DNA of 64,000 nucleotides, taken from Pseudomonadales bacterium. GTDB lineage: Bacteria; Pseudomonadota; Gammaproteobacteria; Pseudomonadales; Pseudohongiellaceae. This document shows positions 28,957 to 37,035 of this stretch, piece after piece (position 1 is the first letter of the stretch; the number at the start of each line of letters is the position of its first letter). Made by a program: the position numbers and the translations under genes. The stretch spans positions 6,620-70,619 of the forward strand of contig JAJEGU010000006.1 of NCBI GenBank assembly GCA_022819645.1, written 5' to 3'. A model generated the notes under the pieces. That model was given only the letters and a program-made list of their open reading frames with translations. It had not been told where the DNA came from and did not search any database.

Positions 28957-30264
28957 TTAACGCCGCAGGATTCGGTTCATTTCCTCGTTGGCGGCTTGCA
29001 GGGCCGTGTGTGCGTCCATTTGTCCCGTTGAAGTCAGTTCCAGGGCGGTTTCGAGTTGTTCGAAGACCATGAAAGTGGCGCGCGTTGTTGGTACCTCGGC
29101 GCCGAATTCGGCTTGCTGCAGGTAGATGTTTAGTGTGGTGTCGGCGGCGATATCGGGGTCGGTCGCGAGGGCGCCAAGCGCCGGAATCATGTAGGTTTCC
29201 AGTGCGAACTCCTTTTGTACGTCGTAGGAGGAGAGCCATTGGGCGAGCTTGACGGCTTCCACCTTGCTTGCGCTCTGTTTGGACACGGCCCAGCCGAATA
29301 CGCTGAACATGGGGCCCATGCGGAGGCCTGTTTCGGACACGACGGGCATGACGGCCACGCCCAGGTCGAGTCCGGCCGCCAGATAGGCGTTCCAGTTCCA
29401 GGAACCGTCGAGCACCATTGCGGCCCTCGATAGCTGGAACTGCGTCGACATGTTCTCGATGCCGGCGCTCGATGCGGCCACGCCATGGATGCGCTCGAGA
29501 TCCAGGAACCATTCGAGCGCCCGCTCGGAGCCCGGCGAGTCGAGGGTGGGATTGTCTTCGGAGTCGAACAGTGTCGCGCCGAAGCCTGTCAGGAAAGGGA
29601 TGAACCAGTAGGACCACTTGAGCGGCACCGCGAAGCCGAGGGCGTCGCCGCCGGTCAGCGTTTTTGCCGCGGCGATCAGATCGTCCGTGGTCCAGTCGTC
29701 GCGCGGATAGTCCACGCCGGCGGCATCGAACAGGGCCTTGTTGTAGATCAGCGCCAGCGTCCCCTGACTGACCGGAATCGCGTACAGGGAAGTCCCGTAG
29801 CGCATCGCATTCAGCGCGCGCGGTTCGAAGCGCGACCACTGAACCGGCGTCAGATGGGGCCGGAGATCCTCAAGCAGGGGCAATCCCTCCACCGAGATGT
29901 GGCCGATCCTGCCGAGTTCCGTATCCGAAAGCCGCACCAGATCCGGCGCCTCCCCGCCTTGCGAGGAATTGATGAACTGCTGGAGATTCTGCAGGTAGGG
30001 GATGCGCACGGGCTCGACGGCGATTTCGGGGTGCGCAGCCTCAAAAGCCGCCACCGCATCCAGAAAAATCCGCTCATCGACGCTGTTGGCCCCAAAGGTG
30101 TGCCAAACCTCGATACTGGCCGCTTCGCTCCTCTCAAAACCGCCGCCCTGACCCGGAGGCGACCAGAACAGTATCGTGGCCAGCAAAGTTATCGCAAGAA
30201 ATGCCGGCCTCCCGCCGGCCATGCAACTACAAGACATTTTCCAGGCAATGCGGTGTCCGCTCAT
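28957..30264 (-). CDS. sugar ABC transporter substrate-binding protein (family 1 SBP)
   Basis: IEVWHTFGANSVDERIFLDAVAAFEAAHPEI...APDLVRLSD...YAIPVSQGTLALIYNKALFDAAGV is typical of maltose/oligosaccharide-type SBPs. The start is uncertain. ATG 30264 overlaps the stop of the upstream PIN-like gene (ATGA); alternatives are 30237 and 30222. Confidence 0.75.
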   Translation of the reverse strand: MSGHRIAWKMSCSCMAGGRPAFLAITLLATILFWSPPGQGGGFERSEAASIEVWHTFGANSVDERIFLDAVAAFEAAHPEIAVEPVRIPYLQNLQQFINSSQGGEAPDLVRLSDTELGRIGHISVEGLPLLEDLRPHLTPVQWSRFEPRALNAMRYGTSLYAIPVSQGTLALIYNKALFDAAGVDYPRDDWTTDDLIAAAKTLTGGDALGFAVPLKWSYWFIPFLTGFGATLFDSEDNPTLDSPGSERALEWFLDLERIHGVAASSAGIENMSTQFQLSRAAMVLDGSWNWNAYLAAGLDLGVAVMPVVSETGLRMGPMFSVFGWAVSKQSASKVEAVKLAQWLSSYDVQKEFALETYMIPALGALATDPDIAADTTLNIYLQQAEFGAEVPTTRATFMVFEQLETALELTSTGQMDAHTALQAANEEMNRILRR

Positions 30265-30782
30265 TGGACAATACCCTCCGCGAGCACCAATTCCGTGACC
30301 GTCTGATTTAACCAAAGGGTCGTGTAATGTGGCTTCAGCGCAATCTTCTTTCTATGCCCCAACCGTTCGAGCAACTCCTGGAGCGATATCAGCCGATCCC
30401 GGAAACCCAGCCGGACTCCGCATCGCAGGCTGGCCTTGTCGGGTCCGCACAGGAGCCACGCATCGGCTCTTCCCAGAGCGTGGGCCCAAAGCGATTCTTC
30501 GCCCCGGTCCAGTGCGATTCCCTGCATTCTCACCGCCAATTCGGCTCGCTCCCGGTCGTCGACCGCGTGTTCCGCCCGCAGTGATTTCCGAAGTCCATCA
30601 ATCCCGATCAACTCTTCCTGTCGACGGCGCTGGAATCCGGTTTGCGTTTCGGTCACGCAATCCTCGACTGTCTCTACCCAATGGCCACTTGTCAGTGCTT
30701 TCCAGGCGCCGGTCCGATACGACTCTATGATCACATTGGCATCCACGAGCACGGGCGCCCGATCCTCAATCGCCCCGTTCAC
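30261..30782 (-). CDS. PIN-like domain protein (DUF4411-like), putative toxin
   Basis: GTG 30782 overlaps the upstream stop (GTGA). VLVDANVII supplies the first acidic residue. ETVEDCVTE and LDRGEESLWAHALGRADAWLLCGPDKA supply later acidic residues in PIN-like spacing. About 173 aa. Confidence 0.6.
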   Translation of the reverse strand: MNGAIEDRAPVLVDANVIIESYRTGAWKALTSGHWVETVEDCVTETQTGFQRRRQEELIGIDGLRKSLRAEHAVDDRERAELAVRMQGIALDRGEESLWAHALGRADAWLLCGPDKASLRCGVRLGFRDRLISLQELLERLGHRKKIALKPHYTTLWLNQTVTELVLAEGIVQ

Positions 30783-31882
30783 TGTTCAATCGCAAACTCA
30801 AGACCGTGAGCCTCGAACAGATTCTGAAGGTCCTCAATGGCCAGCCCGGTCAACACCGCTGCACGTCGAACCGACAAGTAGCCTTGGTCAATCGCGTTCG
30901 CGACAACCTCCATGAACGGCAACGAGAAGAGCGGAGGCGCCTCTAACTCATCGCTCACCCCACCATTGTTGCGTAAGGCCGATTCCGGGACCGCTCGCGC
31001 CATCGCCCTAGTCAATTGACCCGTCGCAACCAGCCGCCACCGCAGGGCCGATGAACTTACTTCCAATTCGCTAGCGACCGCATTCAACCGCGCGATCAAC
31101 TCTCTGGTCTCCAACTTGTCCCATGTCCCATAAGGCTCAAGCACTTCCCGTGGCATGAGAATCGCGGCCGCGAAGTTATTGGCGAGTTGCTCCACCCGGT
31201 TCCCGCCGAAGTCCCCGGCATCCTCGATGTGCTCCGGCGGCATCGCATCCCACGTCAGGATATGGAACAACTCGTGCGCCAGATCGAAGTTGCGCCGACC
31301 CCGCACCTCGTTTCGCGCAATCAGCACAGCATCCAGTTCCGGCAGTCTGCACGCCGCCCCCGAAATACCCCGGTAGGCATCCACCAGCAGGACAAGGATT
31401 CCAAGATCCTCTTGCATCGTAGCTATCAACTGTCGCGCCGGAACTTCTCCCAACCCAAATTCTTTGGCGAAACGCTCTCCCGCGCTTATTGCATCCTCGA
31501 ATCTTGAGGTTTTGGTCAGGCCAAGTGTACGCCGCATGAGCGGCGCGGGTCGTCCTGTCTGCGCCGCCAACGCGCGGTAGGAACCCAACCATTGAGAGGC
31601 CTTGCGCTCATATTCGGCAAGTTCCCGGTTCCCAATGCCGCTTTGCCTCCAGGAGAAGCGCGCCTCGCCGTCCAAATTAAAAGGATCCGTGAAATACTCG
31701 AGGGGTTCGTCGAGTTTCTCTGCGGCAAGCAACAACTCTGTGGCCGACACGCCTCGCGTACCCGTTTCTATCGCCGACACGGTCTGCCTATCCTTAAACC
31801 CGAACAGTTGCGCCAATTCGTCCTGCGACAGACCTCGCCGTTTTCTTGACGCCTTTATGCGAGCGCCGATGATTTCGCTCAT
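30779..31882 (-). CDS. XRE-family HTH fused to an ImmA/IrrE (COG2856) zinc metallopeptidase
   Basis: N-terminal HTH IKASRKRRGLSQDELAQLFGFKDRQTVSAIETG, with a central HEXXH (AHELFHILTWD) in the ImmA/IrrE context. RBS AAGGAG lies 8 nt upstream of ATG 31882. Confidence 0.85.
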   Translation of the reverse strand: MSEIIGARIKASRKRRGLSQDELAQLFGFKDRQTVSAIETGTRGVSATELLLAAEKLDEPLEYFTDPFNLDGEARFSWRQSGIGNRELAEYERKASQWLGSYRALAAQTGRPAPLMRRTLGLTKTSRFEDAISAGERFAKEFGLGEVPARQLIATMQEDLGILVLLVDAYRGISGAACRLPELDAVLIARNEVRGRRNFDLAHELFHILTWDAMPPEHIEDAGDFGGNRVEQLANNFAAAILMPREVLEPYGTWDKLETRELIARLNAVASELEVSSSALRWRLVATGQLTRAMARAVPESALRNNGGVSDELEAPPLFSLPFMEVVANAIDQGYLSVRRAAVLTGLAIEDLQNLFEAHGLEFAIEQ

Positions 31883-31898
31883 CGTCGATTCTCCTTCA

Positions 31899-31956
31899 AT
31901 AATTCTTGCATTTCATAAAACGCAAGAATTATATGCAAATTGATCTATGTATACAA
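31899..31956 (-). promoter_or_regulatory. sigma70 promoter plus an 11-bp perfect inverted-repeat operator for the XRE-ImmA/PIN operon
   Basis: On the minus strand: -35 TTGTAT (31956-31951), a 17-nt spacer, -10 TATAAT (31933-31928). The inverted repeat is ATAATTCTTGC (31899-31909) and GCAAGAATTAT (31922-31932) with a 12-nt spacer. The right arm overlaps the -10. Confidence 0.6.
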
Positions 31957-31999
31957 CTCCTCATCTGCACAGGCACGACCGACGATACTCCGTTGCGAA

Positions 32000-33166
32000 T
32001 CAGCGGCCGAAAGACATGTGGAGAGACTCGTAGCCCGTCTGGCGCCGGTAGACGTCTCCTCCTTCATAGCGGGGCTCGCTTTCGATCACTTCCATTTTCA
32101 GGCCCTTGCTCCCGATCAACCCGATCAGCGTCCTGAGCAGCAAGCGCGCGTGGGTCGCGCCGAGGCATCGATGCGGCCCGGCGCCATAGGCCAGATGCGG
32201 GTTGCTCTTGCGATCGACGATGAATTTTTCGGGCGATTCGAAGACGGTTTCGTCACGATTCGCCGAGGCCCAGCACAATGCGGCGCGGCCATCCGCCGCC
32301 ACATCGATTCCGTGGACATCCGTATTGCGCGGACAGACCCGGGCGATCAGGGTCAGCGGCGAGGCGACGCGGACGATTTCCTCGGCGGCCATGCGCGCCA
32401 GCAGCGGATCGCCCCGCAACTTGCGCAAGTCTTCGGCATGCGTGGCGAAGTGCGCGAGCGTCATCGACACCGCGGCGATGACCGTATCCCGGCCGCCGGC
32501 GAAAACCAGATTGGCGAATCCGACCATCTCCTCGCGGGTCAGCGGCCGGCCGCGAAACTTCGCCCGGCTCAGTGTGCTGAAAAAATCGTCGCCGGAGGCG
32601 CTTTCGGCTTCGGCCCGGTCGAACTGACGATGCAGATAGCGGTCCAGGACGTTGCCCTTTTCCTCGCTGTGCCCGTCGGGGCCGGCGAAGACGTGCAGAC
32701 CCCAGCCGATCCACTCGTCCGCGGCTTCCCGCGGCATGCGCAGCAGCAGCGCGAGCGCCCGCGATTGCAGCGGCAACGCGAATTCCCGCACCACCTCCAC
32801 GGCGCCGCCGGCCGCGGCCGCGTCGAGCATTTCGGCGATGAGGACACCCACGTCTTCGGTCAAGCGCGGCCGGGCGGAAACGTTGAAGAACGGCTGCACG
32901 ATCGCCCGGTAATCGGTGTGCTCGGGCGGGTCGGTCTCGATGGGCAACTGCCTGACCGCGCGCACGCGCTCTTCCGATGGAATGGGAATGCGGAACGGCG
33001 CGTCGGAACTGTAGGTGCCGTAGTCCTGCGCCGCGGCGAGCACGTCCCGGTAGCGGAGAATCATGGGAATCTTCTCGCCCATGAACTCTGCGTCCAGCAC
33101 GCCCGTGCGGCGGCGCTCTTCGGCGAAGGGGTCGGTCGTGTCCCAATCGGCCGGCACGCGCGTCAT
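32000..33166 (-). CDS. cytochrome P450
   Basis: Heme-binding loop YGAGPHRCLGATHA, I-helix AGGRDT and EEIVR (ExxR). The ATG overlaps the stop of the upstream ABC ATPase (ATGA at 33163-33166). Confidence 0.85.
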   Translation of the reverse strand: MTRVPADWDTTDPFAEERRRTGVLDAEFMGEKIPMILRYRDVLAAAQDYGTYSSDAPFRIPIPSEERVRAVRQLPIETDPPEHTDYRAIVQPFFNVSARPRLTEDVGVLIAEMLDAAAAGGAVEVVREFALPLQSRALALLLRMPREAADEWIGWGLHVFAGPDGHSEEKGNVLDRYLHRQFDRAEAESASGDDFFSTLSRAKFRGRPLTREEMVGFANLVFAGGRDTVIAAVSMTLAHFATHAEDLRKLRGDPLLARMAAEEIVRVASPLTLIARVCPRNTDVHGIDVAADGRAALCWASANRDETVFESPEKFIVDRKSNPHLAYGAGPHRCLGATHARLLLRTLIGLIGSKGLKMEVIESEPRYEGGDVYRRQTGYESLHMSFGR

Positions 33167-34248
33167 TCCTCGAAAATGAGCGCCGCGGGAACGGCCAGAC
33201 TCACCCGGACTTCGCGGTCTTGCCCGCCGGCGGTTCCCTGCGCCTGGTCGGCGGTCCGGCGGCGCAGCGCCCGGATCCAGTTACCGCCGGCTTCGAGGTG
33301 GTACACCGTGTCGCTGCCGAGGTGTTCCACGCCACCGACGCGGCAAGGCACGTCGCCGGGACTCCCGCCGCTGTCCCCGTTGTCCAGGATGCGCACATCC
33401 TCCGGACGAATACCGAAGATGCCGGGGCCGTCCCGGCCGGCCAGGTGCTCCGGAAGCGCGAAGCTGAGTTCGCCGGCCGTGAATATTCCCCCTTTCGCGG
33501 CGCCCTCGATGAGGTTCATGGCCGGCGTACCCAGGAAGGAAGCCACAAAGGAATTCGCCGGCCGGTGATAGGCTTCGAGCGGCTTCGAACTTTGCTGCAG
33601 CCTGCCTTCGGAGAGGATCGCGACGCGGTCGGCCAGGGTCATCGCCTCGACCTGGTCGTGGGTGACGTAGAGCGTGGTCGTGCCGTGGGCTTCGTGCAGG
33701 CGGCGCAGTTCGAAGCGCATGCGGTTGCGCAGCTTCGCGTCGAGGTTGGACAGCGGCTCGTCCATGAGCAGGACCTTCGGACGGCGCACGAGCGCGCGGC
33801 CGATGGCGACCCGCTGCTGCTGGCCGCCGGAGAGTTCCCGCGGTTTCTTTTCGAGCCACTTGTGCAAGTCGAGCAATTCGGCGGCTTCTTCGACCCTGGC
33901 GGAAATTTCTTCGGCGTCGACCCGCGCGTCGCCCCGGCCGCGGCGCAGTCCGAAAGCGAGGTTCGCGCGCACGGTCATATGAGGGTAGAGGGCATAGGAC
34001 TGGAACACCATGCCGAGCCCCCGGGCGCCGGGGGGCAGGTCGTTGACTCGTGACCCGCCGATCCGGATTTCCCCGCGGGTGATGTCTTCGAGACCCGCGA
34101 GCAGCCGTAGCGCGGTCGACTTGCCGCAACCGGACGGACCGAGCAGCACCAGGAACTCGCCTTCCCGGACCGTGAGATCCAGCGCGTCGAGCGCCACGGT
34201 GCCGTCGTCGTAGACCTTGGTCGTACCAATGAACTCAACGTCGGACAT
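33163..34248 (-). CDS. sugar ABC transporter ATP-binding protein (MalK/UgpC/MsmX type)
   Basis: Walker A GPSGCGKST, the Q-loop, signature LSGGQQQRVAIGRAL and Walker B LLMDEPLSNLD, plus a C-terminal regulatory-type domain. Confidence 0.9.
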   Translation of the reverse strand: MSDVEFIGTTKVYDDGTVALDALDLTVREGEFLVLLGPSGCGKSTALRLLAGLEDITRGEIRIGGSRVNDLPPGARGLGMVFQSYALYPHMTVRANLAFGLRRGRGDARVDAEEISARVEEAAELLDLHKWLEKKPRELSGGQQQRVAIGRALVRRPKVLLMDEPLSNLDAKLRNRMRFELRRLHEAHGTTTLYVTHDQVEAMTLADRVAILSEGRLQQSSKPLEAYHRPANSFVASFLGTPAMNLIEGAAKGGIFTAGELSFALPEHLAGRDGPGIFGIRPEDVRILDNGDSGGSPGDVPCRVGGVEHLGSDTVYHLEAGGNWIRALRRRTADQAQGTAGGQDREVRVSLAVPAALIFEE

Positions 34249-34252
34249 AGAC

Positions 34253-35536
34253 CTATCCTTTGACCGCTCCGGAACTCATCCCCTGGATCAGCGATTGCTG
34301 GAACAGCACGAACAGTATGACCACGGGGATGCTCACGACGATGCTCGCCGCGGCGAAATCGCCCCAGAGCTGGCCGGTGGCCGGAATCATCGACGCCAGT
34401 CCCACCGGCAGCGTATAGGCGTCATTGGAGGTGTTGAACACCAGCGCCAGCAGGAACTCGTTCCATGCCGTAAGAAACGAGAACAGCGCCGTAATGGCGA
34501 CCGCCGGCAGCGACAGCGGCAGCACCACGAAGAAAAACACTTCGACCCGGTTGCATCCGTCGAGCAGCGCGGCCTCTTCCAGCGCGCGCGGCACGGCGTC
34601 GAAAAAGCCCTTGAGCATCCACACGCAGAGCGGCAGGGCCGTTACCGAATAGGCGACGATCAGGCCGAGGCTCGTATTGAGCAGGCCGAGAGTTTTCATG
34701 ACCATGAAGTACGGCACCAGGATGATGATGCCCGGAAACATCTGGATGAGCATGAAGACGAACATCGCCCCCTTGCGGCCGGCGAACTGGTAACGGCTGA
34801 ACGCGTATCCCGCGGGGATCGCGAGCAACAGGCCGACCAGGGTCGTGCCAAGCGCCACGACAAGCGAGTTGCGGGTCCACAGCCAGAAGGCTTCGCCGCC
34901 CAGCACGGCGCGAAAATGTTCGAGCGTGAATGCGTCGAAGATGGCGCCGCCGAGGATGTTTCCCGGCGAAATGGAAACATCGACGATCCAGATCACCGGC
35001 GCCACGACCAGCGCCACCGCGTGTATCAGGAAGGTATGCAGGGCGAATGCCTCGAACCGGGGCGCAAGGCTGCGGTTTCGGGCCAGTCCCAGTTCCGCCG
35101 CGCCGGCGTCCTGCGCGCCTGCGCACCAGGATCCGCTGAGCCCCGCGGACATCCAGTAAAGCGCCAGGGCCGAGGGGGCAAAGAGCCAGGAAGTCGCCCA
35201 CAGATCGTAGAAGGTGGCGTCCCGCCGCAGCAGGGAAAGCAGGCCGAGCACGAGAATGGCGGCGGCGAGACCCTGGCCTGCGTAGCGCCGCCACCGCTGC
35301 CGGCCGTCCGGTAGCGAAGCGCGCAGAATCAGCAACAGCACGATCGCGCCAAGAACGCCCAACTGCTCTGCGCCATTGCCGCGTAGCGCTTCGCCCGCGA
35401 GGATGAGCAGGTTGACCAGCGCCGCGAACGGGAGCCACACGCGCAAGGCGCGAATCTCGACCGGAACGTACCATCGCTCGGCGAGCGTTGCGGAGCCCTG
35501 GCCGCCGTCCGTGGAATTGTGCGTGTTCCCGTTCAC
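34253..35536 (-). CDS. sugar ABC transporter permease (MalG-like) with an N-terminal extension of roughly 140 aa
   Basis: The C-terminal part shows the EAA loop region (ALEEAALLDGCNRVEVFFFVVLP). GTG 35536 overlaps the upstream stop (GTGA). The extension contains extra hydrophobic segments. The 912-aa track ORF is an artefact. Confidence 0.75.
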   Translation of the reverse strand: MNGNTHNSTDGGQGSATLAERWYVPVEIRALRVWLPFAALVNLLILAGEALRGNGAEQLGVLGAIVLLLILRASLPDGRQRWRRYAGQGLAAAILVLGLLSLLRRDATFYDLWATSWLFAPSALALYWMSAGLSGSWCAGAQDAGAAELGLARNRSLAPRFEAFALHTFLIHAVALVVAPVIWIVDVSISPGNILGGAIFDAFTLEHFRAVLGGEAFWLWTRNSLVVALGTTLVGLLLAIPAGYAFSRYQFAGRKGAMFVFMLIQMFPGIIILVPYFMVMKTLGLLNTSLGLIVAYSVTALPLCVWMLKGFFDAVPRALEEAALLDGCNRVEVFFFVVLPLSLPAVAITALFSFLTAWNEFLLALVFNTSNDAYTLPVGLASMIPATGQLWGDFAAASIVVSIPVVILFVLFQQSLIQGMSSGAVKG

Positions 35537-37035
35537 GCCACCGCCTCCATGGCGCGGGTACGTTTCAGATACGCCCAGGAAAATCCGATCAGCACCAGGA
35601 AAATCAGCACCGACCACGCGGCGGCGACCCCGTATTGTCCGTACTCGAACGCGACGGCGAACACATGGGTTATCAGCGTGTCGGTCGCGCCCGGCTCGCC
35701 GAAACCGCTGTAGGGATTGCCCCGGGTCAACAGATAGATCGTATTGAACGAGTTGAAGGTCCAGATGAAGCCCAGCAGGCTTACCGGCACCAGGGTGCCC
35801 TTCAGGTTCGGCAGGGTCAGGTGGCGAAACTGGTTCCAGCGGCTGACGCCGTCGATCTCCGCCACTTCGTACATGCTCGAGGGCAGGGCCTGCAACGCGC
35901 CGCTGAAGACCATCATCATGAATGGCACGCCTAGCCAGATGTTCACGAGGATCACGACGGTGCGGGCCGAACCCGCCCCATCGAAGAAATCGATGGCGGT
36001 GCCGAGCAGTCCGTTGACGAGACCGTCCGGTTGCAGCATCCCGTTCCAGGCGAGTACCGAGATGTATCCCGGAATCGCCCACGGCAACAGCAGGATCGTG
36101 CGATACACCATCCTGCCCCGCAGTCCGCGGCGATCGAGCGCAACGGCCAGAGCGAGGCCGAGGGCGACATGGGCAAGCACATTGCTGACGGCCCAGACGA
36201 AAGTGAACAAGGTCACGCGCCAGACTCCCGGACCGGCGAAGACCGTCGCGAAGTTCGCCAGTCCGATCCAGGCCTCGTCGCCGAGCCGGCTCTGATCGGC
36301 GTTGGTGAACGCCAGCCATATGCCATAGAGGATCGGGTAGAAGGTCAGCGTGGCCAGCGCAATCAGGGCCGGCGCGACGTAGACGTGGGCCAGCCGGGAC
36401 TTTGAGCGGCCCTGGCGCGCGTCCTGCCGGCGCAGGAACAACAGCAGGGCGACGGTCGACAGCACGACCAGGCTGAGCGCGTACAGGACGGGCCGCGTAT
36501 CCGGCGGAGGCGTCCGCTCGTCGGGAACTTCCGTGCGGCCAACCACGGGTTGCAGGCTTTCCGTATCCACGAGCGGCGCGCCGTCGGCGCCGACGGGCAC
36601 CACGGCGATCCATTGTTCGGCGCCGGGCGTCATGCCGCTCAGCGCGCAGGACCAGTTCGAGGCGTCCGGGTCCGCAACGGGGCTGCCCGCCGAGTCCCGG
36701 TGAATCGGCAAGCCGTCGCTCCAGCAGCGGTCGAAGAGGACGTCCTCCGGTCCGCGCGCAAGGGCGGACGTGTCGGCCACGCGGATCGTGGAATGCAACT
36801 CGGCCTCGCCCGTGCTTTCGAAAGCCTGGCCCGCATACCAGATTTCGAAGCCCGCTATCGTCTCCGCCGGCGCGTAATCGACCTCGATGCGAATCTGCCG
36901 GTACGCCTGCGCCGCGTCGTCCACCGAGACCTGCTGTGCCTTTGCATGCGGGACGCCGGCTCCGGCGGCGCACAGCAACAGCGCCGCGCATATCCAGGCG
37001 GTCAAGCCGGCATCAGGACGATGGGGCGTCACCAT
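35533..37035 (-). CDS. sugar ABC transporter permease (MalF-like) with an N-terminal periplasmic domain of roughly 200 aa
   Basis: The start MVTPHRPDAGLTAWICAALLLCAAGAGVPHAKA is signal-anchor-like. About 200 soluble-looking residues follow, then a typical 6-TM permease with the EAA loop EVAEIDGVSRWNQFRHLTLP. Confidence 0.7.
   Translation of the reverse strand: MVTPHRPDAGLTAWICAALLLCAAGAGVPHAKAQQVSVDDAAQAYRQIRIEVDYAPAETIAGFEIWYAGQAFESTGEAELHSTIRVADTSALARGPEDVLFDRCWSDGLPIHRDSAGSPVADPDASNWSCALSGMTPGAEQWIAVVPVGADGAPLVDTESLQPVVGRTEVPDERTPPPDTRPVLYALSLVVLSTVALLLFLRRQDARQGRSKSRLAHVYVAPALIALATLTFYPILYGIWLAFTNADQSRLGDEAWIGLANFATVFAGPGVWRVTLFTFVWAVSNVLAHVALGLALAVALDRRGLRGRMVYRTILLLPWAIPGYISVLAWNGMLQPDGLVNGLLGTAIDFFDGAGSARTVVILVNIWLGVPFMMMVFSGALQALPSSMYEVAEIDGVSRWNQFRHLTLPNLKGTLVPVSLLGFIWTFNSFNTIYLLTRGNPYSGFGEPGATDTLITHVFAVAFEYGQYGVAAAWSVLIFLVLIGFSWAYLKRTRAMEAVA

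Noticed and set aside
34253-36991. A 912-aa ORF that looks like one giant protein.
   Set aside because: Only the C-terminal roughly 427 aa have permease character. The upstream part is Arg/Gly/Pro-rich and overlaps, out of frame, the well-supported MalF-like gene. This is a typical high-GC read-through artefact.
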